Shown here: piece by piece, positions 1-8,570 of the stretch
Position numbering within the stretch: the first letter of the stretch is position 1
Layout of the letters: every line of letters starts with the position of its first letter
Assembly (NCBI GenBank): GCA_030149965.1
Contig: JASLHB010000091.1
Coordinates: forward strand, 1 to 24,000
DNA from: Wohlfahrtiimonas sp.
GTDB taxonomy: Bacteria; Pseudomonadota; Gammaproteobacteria; Cardiobacteriales; Wohlfahrtiimonadaceae
Length of the DNA stretch: 24,000 nucleotides
Direction: 5' to 3'
Translations under genes and position numbers: made by a program
The notes under the pieces: model-generated
Told to the model about the DNA's origin: nothing
Database searches by the model: none
What the model saw: only the letters and a program-made list of their open reading frames with translations

Positions 1-36
1 TCTCTTGGTATCAATATAGAGTTAGACGGCGAGTAA
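1..36 (+). CDS. rpoB: DNA-directed RNA polymerase subunit beta, 3' end only (gene begins upstream of the window)
   Basis: Frame 1 reads SLGINIELDGE then TAA (34-36). E. coli RpoB ends ...SLGINIELEDE. rpoC follows 28 nt later, the universal rpoB-rpoC order. Confidence 0.85.
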   Translation, partial: SLGINIELDGE

Positions 37-64
37 TCTCTTAAAGCATAGGAACTAATGAACA

Positions 65-3000
65 ATGAAAGATTTAATGAATTTATTTAAAAGTTCGGAC
101 AATGTTAAGAACTTTGATGCGATTAAAATTGGTTTATCTTCTCCAGAAATGATCCGTTCGTGGTCATTTGGTGAAGTTAAAAAGCCAGAAACGATCAATT
201 ACCGTACATTTAGACCTGAACGTGATGGTCTATTCTGTGCTCGTATTTTCGGACCAGTAAAAGATTACGAATGCTTGTGTGGTAAATACAAGCGTTTGAA
301 ACACCGCGGTGTTGTGTGTGAAAAATGTGGTGTTGAAGTAACAGTTGCTAAAGTGCGTCGTGAAAGAATGGGTCATATTGACTTAGCTTCTCCAGTTGCG
401 CATATTTGGTACTTGAAATCATTGCCAAGCCGTATCGGTTTGTTATTGGATATGACATTACGTGATATCGAGAAAATCTTATATTTCGAATCATTTGTTG
501 TAACAGATCCAGGTATGACACCGTTAGAACACGGTCAAATCTTAACGGATGAAGAATTCTTAGACATCATCGAAGAGCACGGTGATGAATTTGAAGCAAA
601 AATGGGTGCAGAAGCGATTCTAGACTTATTAAAAGCTTTAGATTTAGAGCAAGAAGTTTCTCGTCTACGTGAAGAATTAGAAGAAACAGGTTCAGAAACG
701 AAATTCAAACGCTTATCTAAGCGTTTGAAGTTGATCGAATCATTCATTCAGTCTGGTAATAAACCAGAGTGGATGATCTTGACTGTATTGCCAGTATTAC
801 CACCAGATTTACGTCCATTGGTTGCATTGGATGGTGGTCGTTTTGCTACATCAGATTTGAATGATTTGTATCGTCGCGTTATCAACCGTAACAACCGTTT
901 GAAACGTTTATTAGAATTAAGCGCACCAGACATCATCGTACGTAACGAAAAGCGTATGTTGCAAGAAGCTGTTGACTCATTGTTAGACAATGGCCGTCGC
1001 GGTCGTGCAATTACTGGTACTAACAAACGTCCATTGAAATCTTTGGCTGATATGATCAAAGGTAAACAAGGTCGTTTCCGTCAGAACTTGTTGGGTAAAC
1101 GTGTTGACTATTCAGGCCGTTCTGTAATCGTGGTTGGACCTACATTGCGTTTGCACCAGTGCGGTTTACCGAAGAAAATGGCTTTGGAATTGTTTAAACC
1201 ATTCATCTTCTCTAAATTGATTTCTCGTGGTATCGCTGTAAAAATTAAAGCAGCTAAGAAATTAGTGGAGAAAGAAGCGCCAGAAGTTTGGGACGTTTTA
1301 GAAGAGGTAATCTCTGAACATCCAGTATTATTGAACCGTGCACCAACATTGCATAGATTAGGTATTCAAGCATTTGAACCAATCTTGATTGAAGGTAAAG
1401 CGATTCAGTTGCATCCATTAGTATGTACAGCGTTCAACGCCGACTTCGATGGTGACCAGATGGCTGTTCACGTTCCATTATCAATTGAAGCACAGTTAGA
1501 AGCACGTGCATTGATGATGTCTTCAAACAATATTTTATCACCTGCAAATGGTGAGCCAATCATCGTTCCTTCTCAGGACGTTGTATTAGGCTTGTACTAT
1601 ATGACTCGTGATCGCGCGCGTGTAAAAGGTGAAGGCATGATCTTCGCTGATTACGCAGAAGTGTTGCGTGCATATCAATCAAAACAAGTAGCGGTACATG
1701 CAAGAATTCAAGTGCGTTTACCAATTCACATGTTTGAAGATGCACAAGAAGGTGAAAAAGTCCGTCGTGTAGAAACAACTGTTGGTCGTGTATTGTTATC
1801 AGATGTATTGCCTAAAAACTTCCCATTTGCATTGATCGATCGTGCATTAACGAAGAAAGTAATTTCTGGCTTAATCAACCAAGCTTATCGTCGTTTAGGT
1901 TTGAAAGATACAGTAATTTTTGCTGACCGTTTAATGTATACAGGTTTCTATTACGCAATGCGCTCAGGTTCTTCAGTTGGTTATCAAGATATGGTAATCC
2001 CAGAAGAAAAAGCTGGCATCATTCATGAAGCAGAAGCGGAAGTGAAAGAAGTGCAAGAGCAATACGCACAAGGTTTGGTAACAAACGGTGAGCGTTACAA
2101 TAAAGTTATCGATATTTGGTCTCGTACAAACGAAGAAGTTGCCAAAGTGATGATGAAAAACTTGAGTAAAGATCGCAATGTTGATGCTAATGGTAATGAA
2201 ATTTTAGAAGATTCATTCAACTCAATCTTTATGATGGCCGACTCAGGTGCTCGTGGTAGTGCGGCGCAGATTCGTCAGCTAGCTGGTATGCGTGGTTTGA
2301 TGGCAAAACCAGATGGCTCGATCATCGAAACACCAATCACAGCAAACTTCCGTGAAGGTCTAGATGTTCTTCAGTACTTCGTATCAACGCATGGTGCTCG
2401 TAAAGGTTTGGCGGACACAGCATTGAAAACAGCTAACTCAGGTTACTTGACTCGTCGTTTAGTTGACGTTGCACAAGATCTAGTTGTTGTGACAGATGAT
2501 TGTGGTACAACAGATGGTTTGTTAATGACACCAACTGTTGAAGGCGGTGACGTTATTGAACGCTTGAGTGAACGTGTATTAGGTTTGGTAACAGCGCAAG
2601 ACGTTTATATTCCAGGTTCTGATGAAGTATTGTTCCCAGCAGGCACATTGATTGATGAAGCATTGGCTGAAGTATTGGATGAGAAAGGTGTGGATGAGAT
2701 GATCGTTCGCTCTGCTATCACATGTGATAACTTATTCGGTTTATGTGCTAAATGTTATGGTCGTGACTTGGGTCGTGGTCATTTGGTTAACCCAGGTGAG
2801 TCAGTGGGTGTTATCGCTGCTCAGTCAATCGGTGAACCAGGTACACAGTTAACGATGCGTACGTTCCATATCGGTGGTACAGCATCACGAGCTGCTGCAG
2901 TTTCAAGTGTACAAGTTAAAACAAAAGGTTTGTTGAAACTTGTTAAGATGAAAACTGTTAAGAATAAAGATAACCAATTGGTATCTACATCACGTTCTGG

Positions 3001-4219
3001 TGAAATCATCATCACGGATGAATATGGTCGTAACCGTGAGCGCTATAAAGTGCCTTATGGTGCAACATTAGCAGTTCATGAAGGCGAAGAAGTTAATGTT
3101 GGTGACGTGGTTGCAACTTGGGATCCACATACATATCCAGTAGTTGTAGAAGCAACAGGTTTTGTGAAGTTTGAAGACTTTGATGAAGGCATCAACGTTC
3201 AGAAACAAACAGATGAAATCACTGGCTTAACTCACTTGAGCGTATTGGATTCTAAATCACGTGGTGCGGGTAAAGATAAGCGTCCAGCAATTCATGTTGT
3301 TGATGCGAATGGTGATGCATTGAACCTACCAGGTACTGATATTGCTGCAATTTATACATTGCCAGTAGGTGCGATTGTATCTTTATCTGATAATGCTGCA
3401 GTTTCTGTGGGTGACGTATTAGCACGTATTCCACAAGAATCATCAAAAACTCGTGATATCACGGGTGGTTTGCCACGCGTTGCTGACTTATTTGAAGCTC
3501 GTCGTCCGAAAGAAGCAGCTATCTTGGCTGAAATTTCAGGAGTTGTTAGCTTTGGTAAGGAAACTAAAGGTAAGCAACGTTTGGTATTGACAGATCGTGA
3601 AGGTAATATTTACGAAGAATTGATTCCAAAATGGCGCACAATCAACGTATTCGAAGGTGAAAGCGTTGAGAAGGGTGAAATCATCGTTGATGGTGAATTA
3701 AGCTCACATGACATCTTACGTTTGTTGGGTGTTAAAGAGTTGGCTGCTTACTTGGTGAAAGAAATTCAAGACGTTTATCGTTTACAAGGTGTAAAAATCT
3801 CTGATAAGCATATTGAAGTGATCATTCGCCAGATGTTACGTAAAGTTGAAATCGTTGATGCGAATGATTCTGAATACATCAAAGGTGAGCAAGTTGAGAA
3901 AACTCAAATGTTGCGTGAAAATGCACGTTTGGTTAAAGAAGGTAAATTGCCTGCAACGTATGAACCAATTTTATTGGGTATTACAAAAGCATCATTGGCA
4001 ACAGAAAGCTTCATCTCAGCTGCATCGTTCCAAGAAACAACACGCGTATTAACAGAAGCTTCTGTTCGTGGTTTACGTGATGAGTTACGTGGTTTGAAAG
4101 AGAACGTAATTGTAGGTAGATTAATCCCTGCAGGTACTGGCTTGGCTTACCATGATGAACGCCGTAAAGAAAGAGAAGAAGAACACGAAGGTACAGAATT
4201 ATTCATCAGTGCTGAGTAA
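65..4219 (+). CDS. rpoC: DNA-directed RNA polymerase subunit beta-prime (1384 aa)
   Basis: Full-length ORF with hallmark motifs: the zinc-binding [23 protein letters not shown], the catalytic [12 protein letters not shown], and trigger-loop/SI3 and C-terminal regions collinear with proteobacterial RpoC. AGGAA Shine-Dalgarno sequence lies upstream. Confidence 0.99.
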   Translation: MKDLMNLFKSSDNVKNFDAIKIGLSSPEMIRSWSFGEVKKPETINYRTFRPERDGLFCARIFGPVKDYECLCGKYKRLKHRGVVCEKCGVEVTVAKVRRERMGHIDLASPVAHIWYLKSLPSRIGLLLDMTLRDIEKILYFESFVVTDPGMTPLEHGQILTDEEFLDIIEEHGDEFEAKMGAEAILDLLKALDLEQEVSRLREELEETGSETKFKRLSKRLKLIESFIQSGNKPEWMILTVLPVLPPDLRPLVALDGGRFATSDLNDLYRRVINRNNRLKRLLELSAPDIIVRNEKRMLQEAVDSLLDNGRRGRAITGTNKRPLKSLADMIKGKQGRFRQNLLGKRVDYSGRSVIVVGPTLRLHQCGLPKKMALELFKPFIFSKLISRGIAVKIKAAKKLVEKEAPEVWDVLEEVISEHPVLLNRAPTLHRLGIQAFEPILIEGKAIQLHPLVCTAFNADFDGDQMAVHVPLSIEAQLEARALMMSSNNILSPANGEPIIVPSQDVVLGLYYMTRDRARVKGEGMIFADYAEVLRAYQSKQVAVHARIQVRLPIHMFEDAQEGEKVRRVETTVGRVLLSDVLPKNFPFALIDRALTKKVISGLINQAYRRLGLKDTVIFADRLMYTGFYYAMRSGSSVGYQDMVIPEEKAGIIHEAEAEVKEVQEQYAQGLVTNGERYNKVIDIWSRTNEEVAKVMMKNLSKDRNVDANGNEILEDSFNSIFMMADSGARGSAAQIRQLAGMRGLMAKPDGSIIETPITANFREGLDVLQYFVSTHGARKGLADTALKTANSGYLTRRLVDVAQDLVVVTDDCGTTDGLLMTPTVEGGDVIERLSERVLGLVTAQDVYIPGSDEVLFPAGTLIDEALAEVLDEKGVDEMIVRSAITCDNLFGLCAKCYGRDLGRGHLVNPGESVGVIAAQSIGEPGTQLTMRTFHIGGTASRAAAVSSVQVKTKGLLKLVKMKTVKNKDNQLVSTSRSGEIIITDEYGRNRERYKVPYGATLAVHEGEEVNVGDVVATWDPHTYPVVVEATGFVKFEDFDEGINVQKQTDEITGLTHLSVLDSKSRGAGKDKRPAIHVVDANGDALNLPGTDIAAIYTLPVGAIVSLSDNAAVSVGDVLARIPQESSKTRDITGGLPRVADLFEARRPKEAAILAEISGVVSFGKETKGKQRLVLTDREGNIYEELIPKWRTINVFEGESVEKGEIIVDGELSSHDILRLLGVKELAAYLVKEIQDVYRLQGVKISDKHIEVIIRQMLRKVEIVDANDSEYIKGEQVEKTQMLRENARLVKEGKLPATYEPILLGITKASLATESFISAASFQETTRVLTEASVRGLRDELRGLKENVIVGRLIPAGTGLAYHDERRKEREEEHEGTELFISAE

Positions 4220-4242
4220 TTCTAAAATGTAAATATAATTAT

Positions 4243-4275
4243 AAAAGCATCTATTCTTAGATGCTTTTATTGTTT
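4243..4275 (+). terminator. Rho-independent terminator downstream of rpoC
   Basis: Perfect 11-bp stem AAAAGCATCTA (4243-4253) / TAGATGCTTTT (4258-4268) with loop TTCT, followed by a T-rich tract. It lies 24 nt after the rpoC stop. Confidence 0.8.
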
Positions 4276-4289
4276 ATGAGGAAAATAGG

Positions 4290-4721
4290 ATGTCAAATAA
4301 ACGCGAATTTGAACGTATGATGTGGGCAAGACGCTTTGCATTACAAGGTTTATACGAATGGCAGATTGCACAAAGCCAAGTGGAAGAAATCGAACGTCAT
4401 CTTGCTGAGAACCCAGATTTTGTGAAAGCAAATAGAGAGTCTTTTTCTAATATGTTACGCGGATCAATCCGTGGACAAGTAGAAGCAAATGAATTGATCG
4501 CACCATTATTGGATCGTCCAGTTGAGCAATTAGATGTTGTTGAGAGAGCTGTATTATGGTTAGGCTGTTATGAGTTATCAACTCATCCTGAAACACCATA
4601 TAAAGTGATCATCAATGAATCTGTAAATTTAGCAAAGAAATTTGGTGGTGATCAAAGCTATAAATTTATTAATGGTGTCCTTGATAAGGTTGCTAAGAAG
4701 GTTAGAATAGATTATCAATAG
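4290..4721 (+). CDS. nusB: Transcription antitermination factor NusB (143 aa)
   Basis: Collinear with E. coli NusB. ALQGLYEWQIAQ matches AVQALYSWQLSQ, and PYKVIINESVNLAKKFGGDQSYKFINGVLDKVA matches [33 protein letters not shown]. GAGGA Shine-Dalgarno sequence lies 7 nt upstream of the ATG. Confidence 0.93.
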   Translation: MSNKREFERMMWARRFALQGLYEWQIAQSQVEEIERHLAENPDFVKANRESFSNMLRGSIRGQVEANELIAPLLDRPVEQLDVVERAVLWLGCYELSTHPETPYKVIINESVNLAKKFGGDQSYKFINGVLDKVAKKVRIDYQ

Positions 4722-4746
4722 TCATTAATCATTTGAGAATAATATA

Positions 4747-5865
4747 ATGGACATCTCTCCTTTTCTCCGCTTTATGGTAGAAAAAAATGGTTCGGATTTA
4801 TTTGTCTATCCGAATGCACCGATTTGTATTAAATTAAGTGGGACTGTGCATCCATTAAGCCGTGAAACGTTATCAGCAGATATTGTTCAAAGTGCAATTT
4901 TTAATTTATTGACAGAATCTCAGGCAGAAGAATTTAATCGTGAACTTGAGTTAAACTTTGCGATTAAATTAGATGATGGCGCTCGTTTTAGAGTGAATAT
5001 CTTCAAACAACGTAATGAATACGGTATGGTTATTCGTTATGTTAAAGCGAATATTCCTCGCATGGAAGATTTGCGTGTTCCTGAGATTTTTAAAGAAATC
5101 ATTATGGAGAAACGTGGTTTAATCTTGGTTGTAGGTTCGACAGGTAGTGGTAAATCTACAAGTCTAGCATCTATGATTGATTACCGCGCAACACATACAG
5201 CTGGGCATATTCTGACGGTAGAAGATCCAATTGAGTTTGTTTATGAACATAAGCGCTCAATTATTGGACAGCGTGAAGTAGGGTTGGATACGCACAGTTA
5301 TGAAAGAGCTTTGGAATCTGCAATGCGCGAAGCACCAGATGTGATTTTAGTTGGGGAAGTTCGTAGTACTGATATTATGAAAGCGGTGATTAACTTTTCT
5401 ATCACTGGGCATTTATGTTTAACTACATTGCATGCAAACAATGCAATCGGTGCTTTAGATCGAATAGTTAATTTCTTTCCTGAATCAGCGCGTGCCCAGT
5501 TATTGGTGGATTTGTCATTGAATATTAAAGCCATTGTTTCGCAGCGTTTAGTTAAAGGCGTTGATGGAAAATTAGTGCCTGCTGTTGAGGTAATGTTGAA
5601 TACTCCATATATTCAAGAATTGATTATGAAAGGTAAGCTAGATACTATTCCTGATGCAATGGAAAATGGTGGCACAACCGGTATGCGCACATTTGATCAG
5701 GCATTATATGAAATGTATGTGCAAGGCATTATTTCTGCAGAAGAAGCGATTGCCAATGCTGATTCTAAAAACAACGTTTCCTTGCGTATTCGTATGGGGG
5801 ATGTTCGCGGTGTTTCTCGTGAAGATTTAACTGGTGAAGCTAAATTTAAATTGAAACAATATTAA
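4747..5865 (+). CDS. pilU: Type IV pilus retraction ATPase of the PilT/PilU family, PilU-like (372 aa)
   Basis: Collinear with Pseudomonas PilU: LRFMVEKNGSDLF, Walker A GSTGSGKST (nt 5134-5160), TVEDPIEF, REAPDVILVGEVR, GHLCLTTLHANNA. It lacks the PilT-specific AIRNLIRE motif and has YIQELIMKGK instead. It starts 25 nt after nusB. Confidence 0.8.
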   Translation: MDISPFLRFMVEKNGSDLFVYPNAPICIKLSGTVHPLSRETLSADIVQSAIFNLLTESQAEEFNRELELNFAIKLDDGARFRVNIFKQRNEYGMVIRYVKANIPRMEDLRVPEIFKEIIMEKRGLILVVGSTGSGKSTSLASMIDYRATHTAGHILTVEDPIEFVYEHKRSIIGQREVGLDTHSYERALESAMREAPDVILVGEVRSTDIMKAVINFSITGHLCLTTLHANNAIGALDRIVNFFPESARAQLLVDLSLNIKAIVSQRLVKGVDGKLVPAVEVMLNTPYIQELIMKGKLDTIPDAMENGGTTGMRTFDQALYEMYVQGIISAEEAIANADSKNNVSLRIRMGDVRGVSREDLTGEAKFKLKQY

Positions 5866-5884
5866 TTGTTTTAGTGATGCTAAC

Positions 5885-5918
5885 AAAGCACTGATAGCAC
5901 GTTTATTGGTGCTTTTTT
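5885..5918 (+). terminator. Possible weak terminator after the pilU-like gene
   Basis: Either AAAGCAC (5885-5891) or AGCAC (5896-5900) can pair with GTGCT(TT) at 5909-5915, followed by T6. The stem is short and the loop long, so it is probably leaky. Confidence 0.35.
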
Positions 5919-5931
5919 ATTGGGAAAATTT

Positions 5932-6672
5932 ATGGATTACGAACGTCGTTTTTCAGGTTTAAATCGTTTATATCAAAAAGAAGCCACTGAAATATTGCGG
6001 TCTGCACATGTCATTATTGCAGGTGTTGGTGGAGTTGGTTCTTGGTGCGTGGAAGCTCTGGCTCGTTCAGGCATCGGATCTTTAACATTGATTGATCTGG
6101 ATGTCGTAGCAGAAAGTAATATTAATCGTCAATTGCCTGCATTATCTTCGACTTTAGGCGAATCTAAAATTGAAGTGATGGCAAAGCGTATTCAAGAAAT
6201 TAATGAAGATTGCCAAGTCACATTGATTGATGATTTTCTGACTGAAGAAAATTTAGATGATTTGTTGAGTCACTTTGACCATAAAAATAGTTGGATTGTG
6301 GATGCGATTGATAATGTTCGTGTGAAAGCAGCATTGATTGCTTGGGCAAAACGTCATAAATTTAAAATCATTGTGAGTGGTGCGGCAGGTGGAAAGATTG
6401 ATCCTCAATCATTTAAGTTAGATGATTTATCTAAAACTTATCATGATCCGTTATGTGCTAGTTTAAAAGCGACATTGAAGAAAAAATATAACTTAGGTAA
6501 AGATGGTGCAAAGTTAAATGTACCCACAGTTTTTTCCACAGAAAACATGCAAGGTTCACATAAAGGGAAGGGCGGTTTGAACTGTGCAGGTTATGGCTCG
6601 ATTGTGACAATGACTGCAACAATGGGCATGATGATGGCAGGCTATGTTGTGAATAAAATTGTGGATAAGTAA
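5932..6672 (+). CDS. tcdA: tRNA threonylcarbamoyladenosine (t6A) dehydratase, ThiF/HesA-family E1-like enzyme
   Basis: Collinear with E. coli TcdA/CsdL: RFSGLNRLYQKEA, the Rossmann motif AGVGGVGSWCVEALARSGIG.LTLIDLD, NINRQ, VDAIDNVR.KAALIAW, GAAGGKIDP and DPL.A.LK. I prefer ATG 5932 (GGGA Shine-Dalgarno sequence 6 nt upstream) over the track's TTG at 5920, which sits in the preceding T-run. Confidence 0.85.
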   Translation: MDYERRFSGLNRLYQKEATEILRSAHVIIAGVGGVGSWCVEALARSGIGSLTLIDLDVVAESNINRQLPALSSTLGESKIEVMAKRIQEINEDCQVTLIDDFLTEENLDDLLSHFDHKNSWIVDAIDNVRVKAALIAWAKRHKFKIIVSGAAGGKIDPQSFKLDDLSKTYHDPLCASLKATLKKKYNLGKDGAKLNVPTVFSTENMQGSHKGKGGLNCAGYGSIVTMTATMGMMMAGYVVNKIVDK

Positions 6673-6696
6673 GTGGATAAAGATTTTGAGCAATAA

Positions 6697-6724
6697 AAAA
6701 ACCTGATTTTAAAATCAGGTTTTT
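6697..6724. terminator. Bidirectional rho-independent terminator between convergent tcdA and the IalB-like gene
   Basis: Perfect palindrome AAAAACCTGATTTT / AAAATCAGGTTTTT, with an A-run on the left and a T-run on the right. It can therefore terminate transcripts from either strand. Confidence 0.75.
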
Positions 6725-6761
6725 GTTTGAATCTTATTAATATTAAGTAATGAATTATTGA

Positions 6762-7403
6762 TTACTTAGATTGTTCCAATAAATCTGTATAAGCAGCAGA
6801 GAAGCCTTTTAATGGAACTTGTGATTTGATGTGTAATTCACTGTTCTTTGGTGCATTAGAATCAAAAGTGAAGTTAACAAATAAGTTGTTACCTTTTTGG
6901 AATTGATCTAATAATTTCCCTTTAGTATCTACATCCATTGGTAATGCTGCGATACAACCAAAGTTTGTACAACGTTCAAAATTGATTTGCGCAATATCAG
7001 TATCGATATCTTTTGCTTTACCAGCGTCGTCTGTACCTTTTACAGTGATGTAAATTTTACCTTTATCGTCATTGTTATTTAAACGAATTTGTAAACCTTC
7101 GCTTAACTGAACATCTAATGGTGCTGCAAAAACCATTACAGGACTTTTATCAAATAAAGTAATAGAAGTTCTTAAAATAGGAACATGACGTTGTTCTTCT
7201 TTTTTCTTACCTTTATCTGCAGGTGCAACCATTGTTGTTTGTTGGAACATTTGGCACTCTTTTTTATTATTAGGTGCAGAAAAACATTCAACTGTCCAAT
7301 CTTGGTGTTTCTTTTTATATATTGAATCGTTTGCTTGTTGAGCATTTGCTCCAGCTAACAATGCAGATGAAACTAATGTTGCAACCATTACTTTTTTAAA
7401 CAT
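6762..7403 (-). CDS. Secreted invasion-associated locus B (IalB) family protein (213 aa)
   Basis: N-terminal signal peptide MFKKVMVATLVSSALLAGANA|QQ. IalB-family layout: DWTVEC...ECQMFQ, a central C.NFGCIA pair, and the C-terminal VPLKGFSAAYTDL signature. GAGGA Shine-Dalgarno sequence. The family assignment comes from remembered motif patterns only. Confidence 0.65.
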   Translation of the reverse strand: MFKKVMVATLVSSALLAGANAQQANDSIYKKKHQDWTVECFSAPNNKKECQMFQQTTMVAPADKGKKKEEQRHVPILRTSITLFDKSPVMVFAAPLDVQLSEGLQIRLNNNDDKGKIYITVKGTDDAGKAKDIDTDIAQINFERCTNFGCIAALPMDVDTKGKLLDQFQKGNNLFVNFTFDSNAPKNSELHIKSQVPLKGFSAAYTDLLEQSK

Positions 7404-7448
7404 AATATCCTCATTAAAATGAAGTTAAAAACAGTTAATTGTTGGATT

Positions 7449-7476
7449 ATTCTACGCGTATTTGTTGTTAAATCAA
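7449..7476 (-). promoter_or_regulatory. Candidate sigma70 promoter for the IalB-like gene
   Basis: On the minus strand: TTGATT (7476-7471), 16-nt spacer, TAGAAT (7454-7449), about 45 nt upstream of the start codon. Confidence 0.4.
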
Positions 7477-7517
7477 GGTAAATCCTTTGTATTCAAGAAG
7501 TTTTCTGCTGTTGTGGT

Positions 7518-7547
7518 CTTACAAGTTGAGGGTAATTTTTGTATAAT
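7518..7547 (+). promoter_or_regulatory. Candidate sigma70 promoter for the gmk-rpoZ-spoT array
   Basis: CTTACA (7518-7523), 18-nt spacer, perfect TATAAT (7542-7547), 37 nt upstream of the gmk ATG. Confidence 0.35.
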
Positions 7548-7584
7548 AACGGCTCCTTAAAATACGAAAGAAAGTGAGTGAAAA

Positions 7585-8217
7585 ATGTGTGAGCGCGAAA
7601 AGTTCTTAGGCAATCTTTACGTCATTTCATCACCTTCAGGTGGTGGGAAAACGACACTGGTCAGCCAATTACTTGAATGTACACCAGACATTAGCCGAGT
7701 GGTAACACACACGACACGACCACCAAGACCGAATGAGAAAAATGGTGTGCATTACCATTTTGTGGCAGCAGATGACTTTGTGGCGTTGAAAGAAGACGGC
7801 GGCTTTGTTGAAACTGCACAAGTATTTAATTTCCATTATGGTACTTCATGGAAAGAAGTGAAGTCTAAATTAAGACATGGCATGGATGTAATTTTGGTTA
7901 TTGATTGGCAGGGAGCTGAACAAGTTCGCATTAGCCATCCTGAAGCCATTACTATTTTTATTTTACCACCATCATTAGAAACATTGCGTGCACGATTATT
8001 TGCGCGCAATGAAGATAGCGTTGCTGTTGTAGAAAATAGAATGAGAGATGCGAGCAATCAAATCATGCACTATAAAGATTTTGATTATTTAGTAGTGAAT
8101 GATGACTTTGATATTGCATTAGCAAATCTACGTTCTATCATCATGGCAGAACGATTAAAGGCGGATCACCAAAAGGTTCGTCATCAATTATTGATCTCGT
8201 CGTTATTGCAATCGTAA
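7585..8217 (+). CDS. gmk: Guanylate kinase (210 aa)
   Basis: P-loop SSPSGGGKTTL, TTRPPRPNE.NGV.Y.F, and the guanylate-kinase-like ETAQVFNFHYGTS. It sits in the conserved position upstream of rpoZ-spoT. Confidence 0.95.
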   Translation: MCEREKFLGNLYVISSPSGGGKTTLVSQLLECTPDISRVVTHTTRPPRPNEKNGVHYHFVAADDFVALKEDGGFVETAQVFNFHYGTSWKEVKSKLRHGMDVILVIDWQGAEQVRISHPEAITIFILPPSLETLRARLFARNEDSVAVVENRMRDASNQIMHYKDFDYLVVNDDFDIALANLRSIIMAERLKADHQKVRHQLLISSLLQS

Positions 8218-8289
8218 GATTTCAATACACTAAACCAATATTTTAGTTATTATTAATACAGATACTGTAAGAATTTAGGAGTTTTATTT

Positions 8290-8550
8290 ATGGCACGTGT
8301 AACCGTAGAAGATTGTTTAGATAAAGTTGATAACCGTTTCCAATTAGTATTATTGGCTTCTCGTCGTGCTCATCAATTGGCATTGGGTGCAGATACAAAA
8401 TTGACACCAAATGGTGAAAAAGTCACTGTAATGGCATTGCGTGAAATCGCAGAAGAGTTGATTACAATTGATGAAATTAAAAAGTTGGTTGTGAAACCAA
8501 AACCAGTGATTGTTGAAAGCTTTAAGCCAGAAACAGCATTTGAATTTTAA
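8290..8550 (+). CDS. rpoZ: DNA-directed RNA polymerase subunit omega (86 aa)
   Basis: [30 protein letters not shown] is the canonical RpoZ N-terminus. TAGGAG Shine-Dalgarno sequence. Confidence 0.96.
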   Translation: MARVTVEDCLDKVDNRFQLVLLASRRAHQLALGADTKLTPNGEKVTVMALREIAEELITIDEIKKLVVKPKPVIVESFKPETAFEF

Positions 8551-8570
8551 TTAGCATATTGGATCTCACT

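Noticed and set aside
535-4052. Track ORFs inside rpoC: antisense 535-747, 748-1059, 1560-1778, 2821-3015 and 3252-3446, and alternate-frame 3846-4052.
   Set aside because: All lie wholly inside the highly conserved rpoC reading frame. They have low-complexity or odd composition, no Shine-Dalgarno sequence and no recognisable motifs. They are shadow ORFs.
4262-4275. Possible NusB/NusE boxA-like element (TGCTTTTATTGTT) right after the rpoC terminator.
   Set aside because: Only about 6 of 13 positions match the rrn boxA consensus TGCTCTTTAACAA, and it is simply the descending arm and T-tract of the terminator.
5298-5534. Antisense 78-aa ORF inside the pilU-like gene, plus similar antisense ORFs 7836-8057 (gmk), 9447-9662 and 10039-10227 (spoT).
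   Set aside because: They are embedded opposite well-supported conserved genes and have no independent signals.
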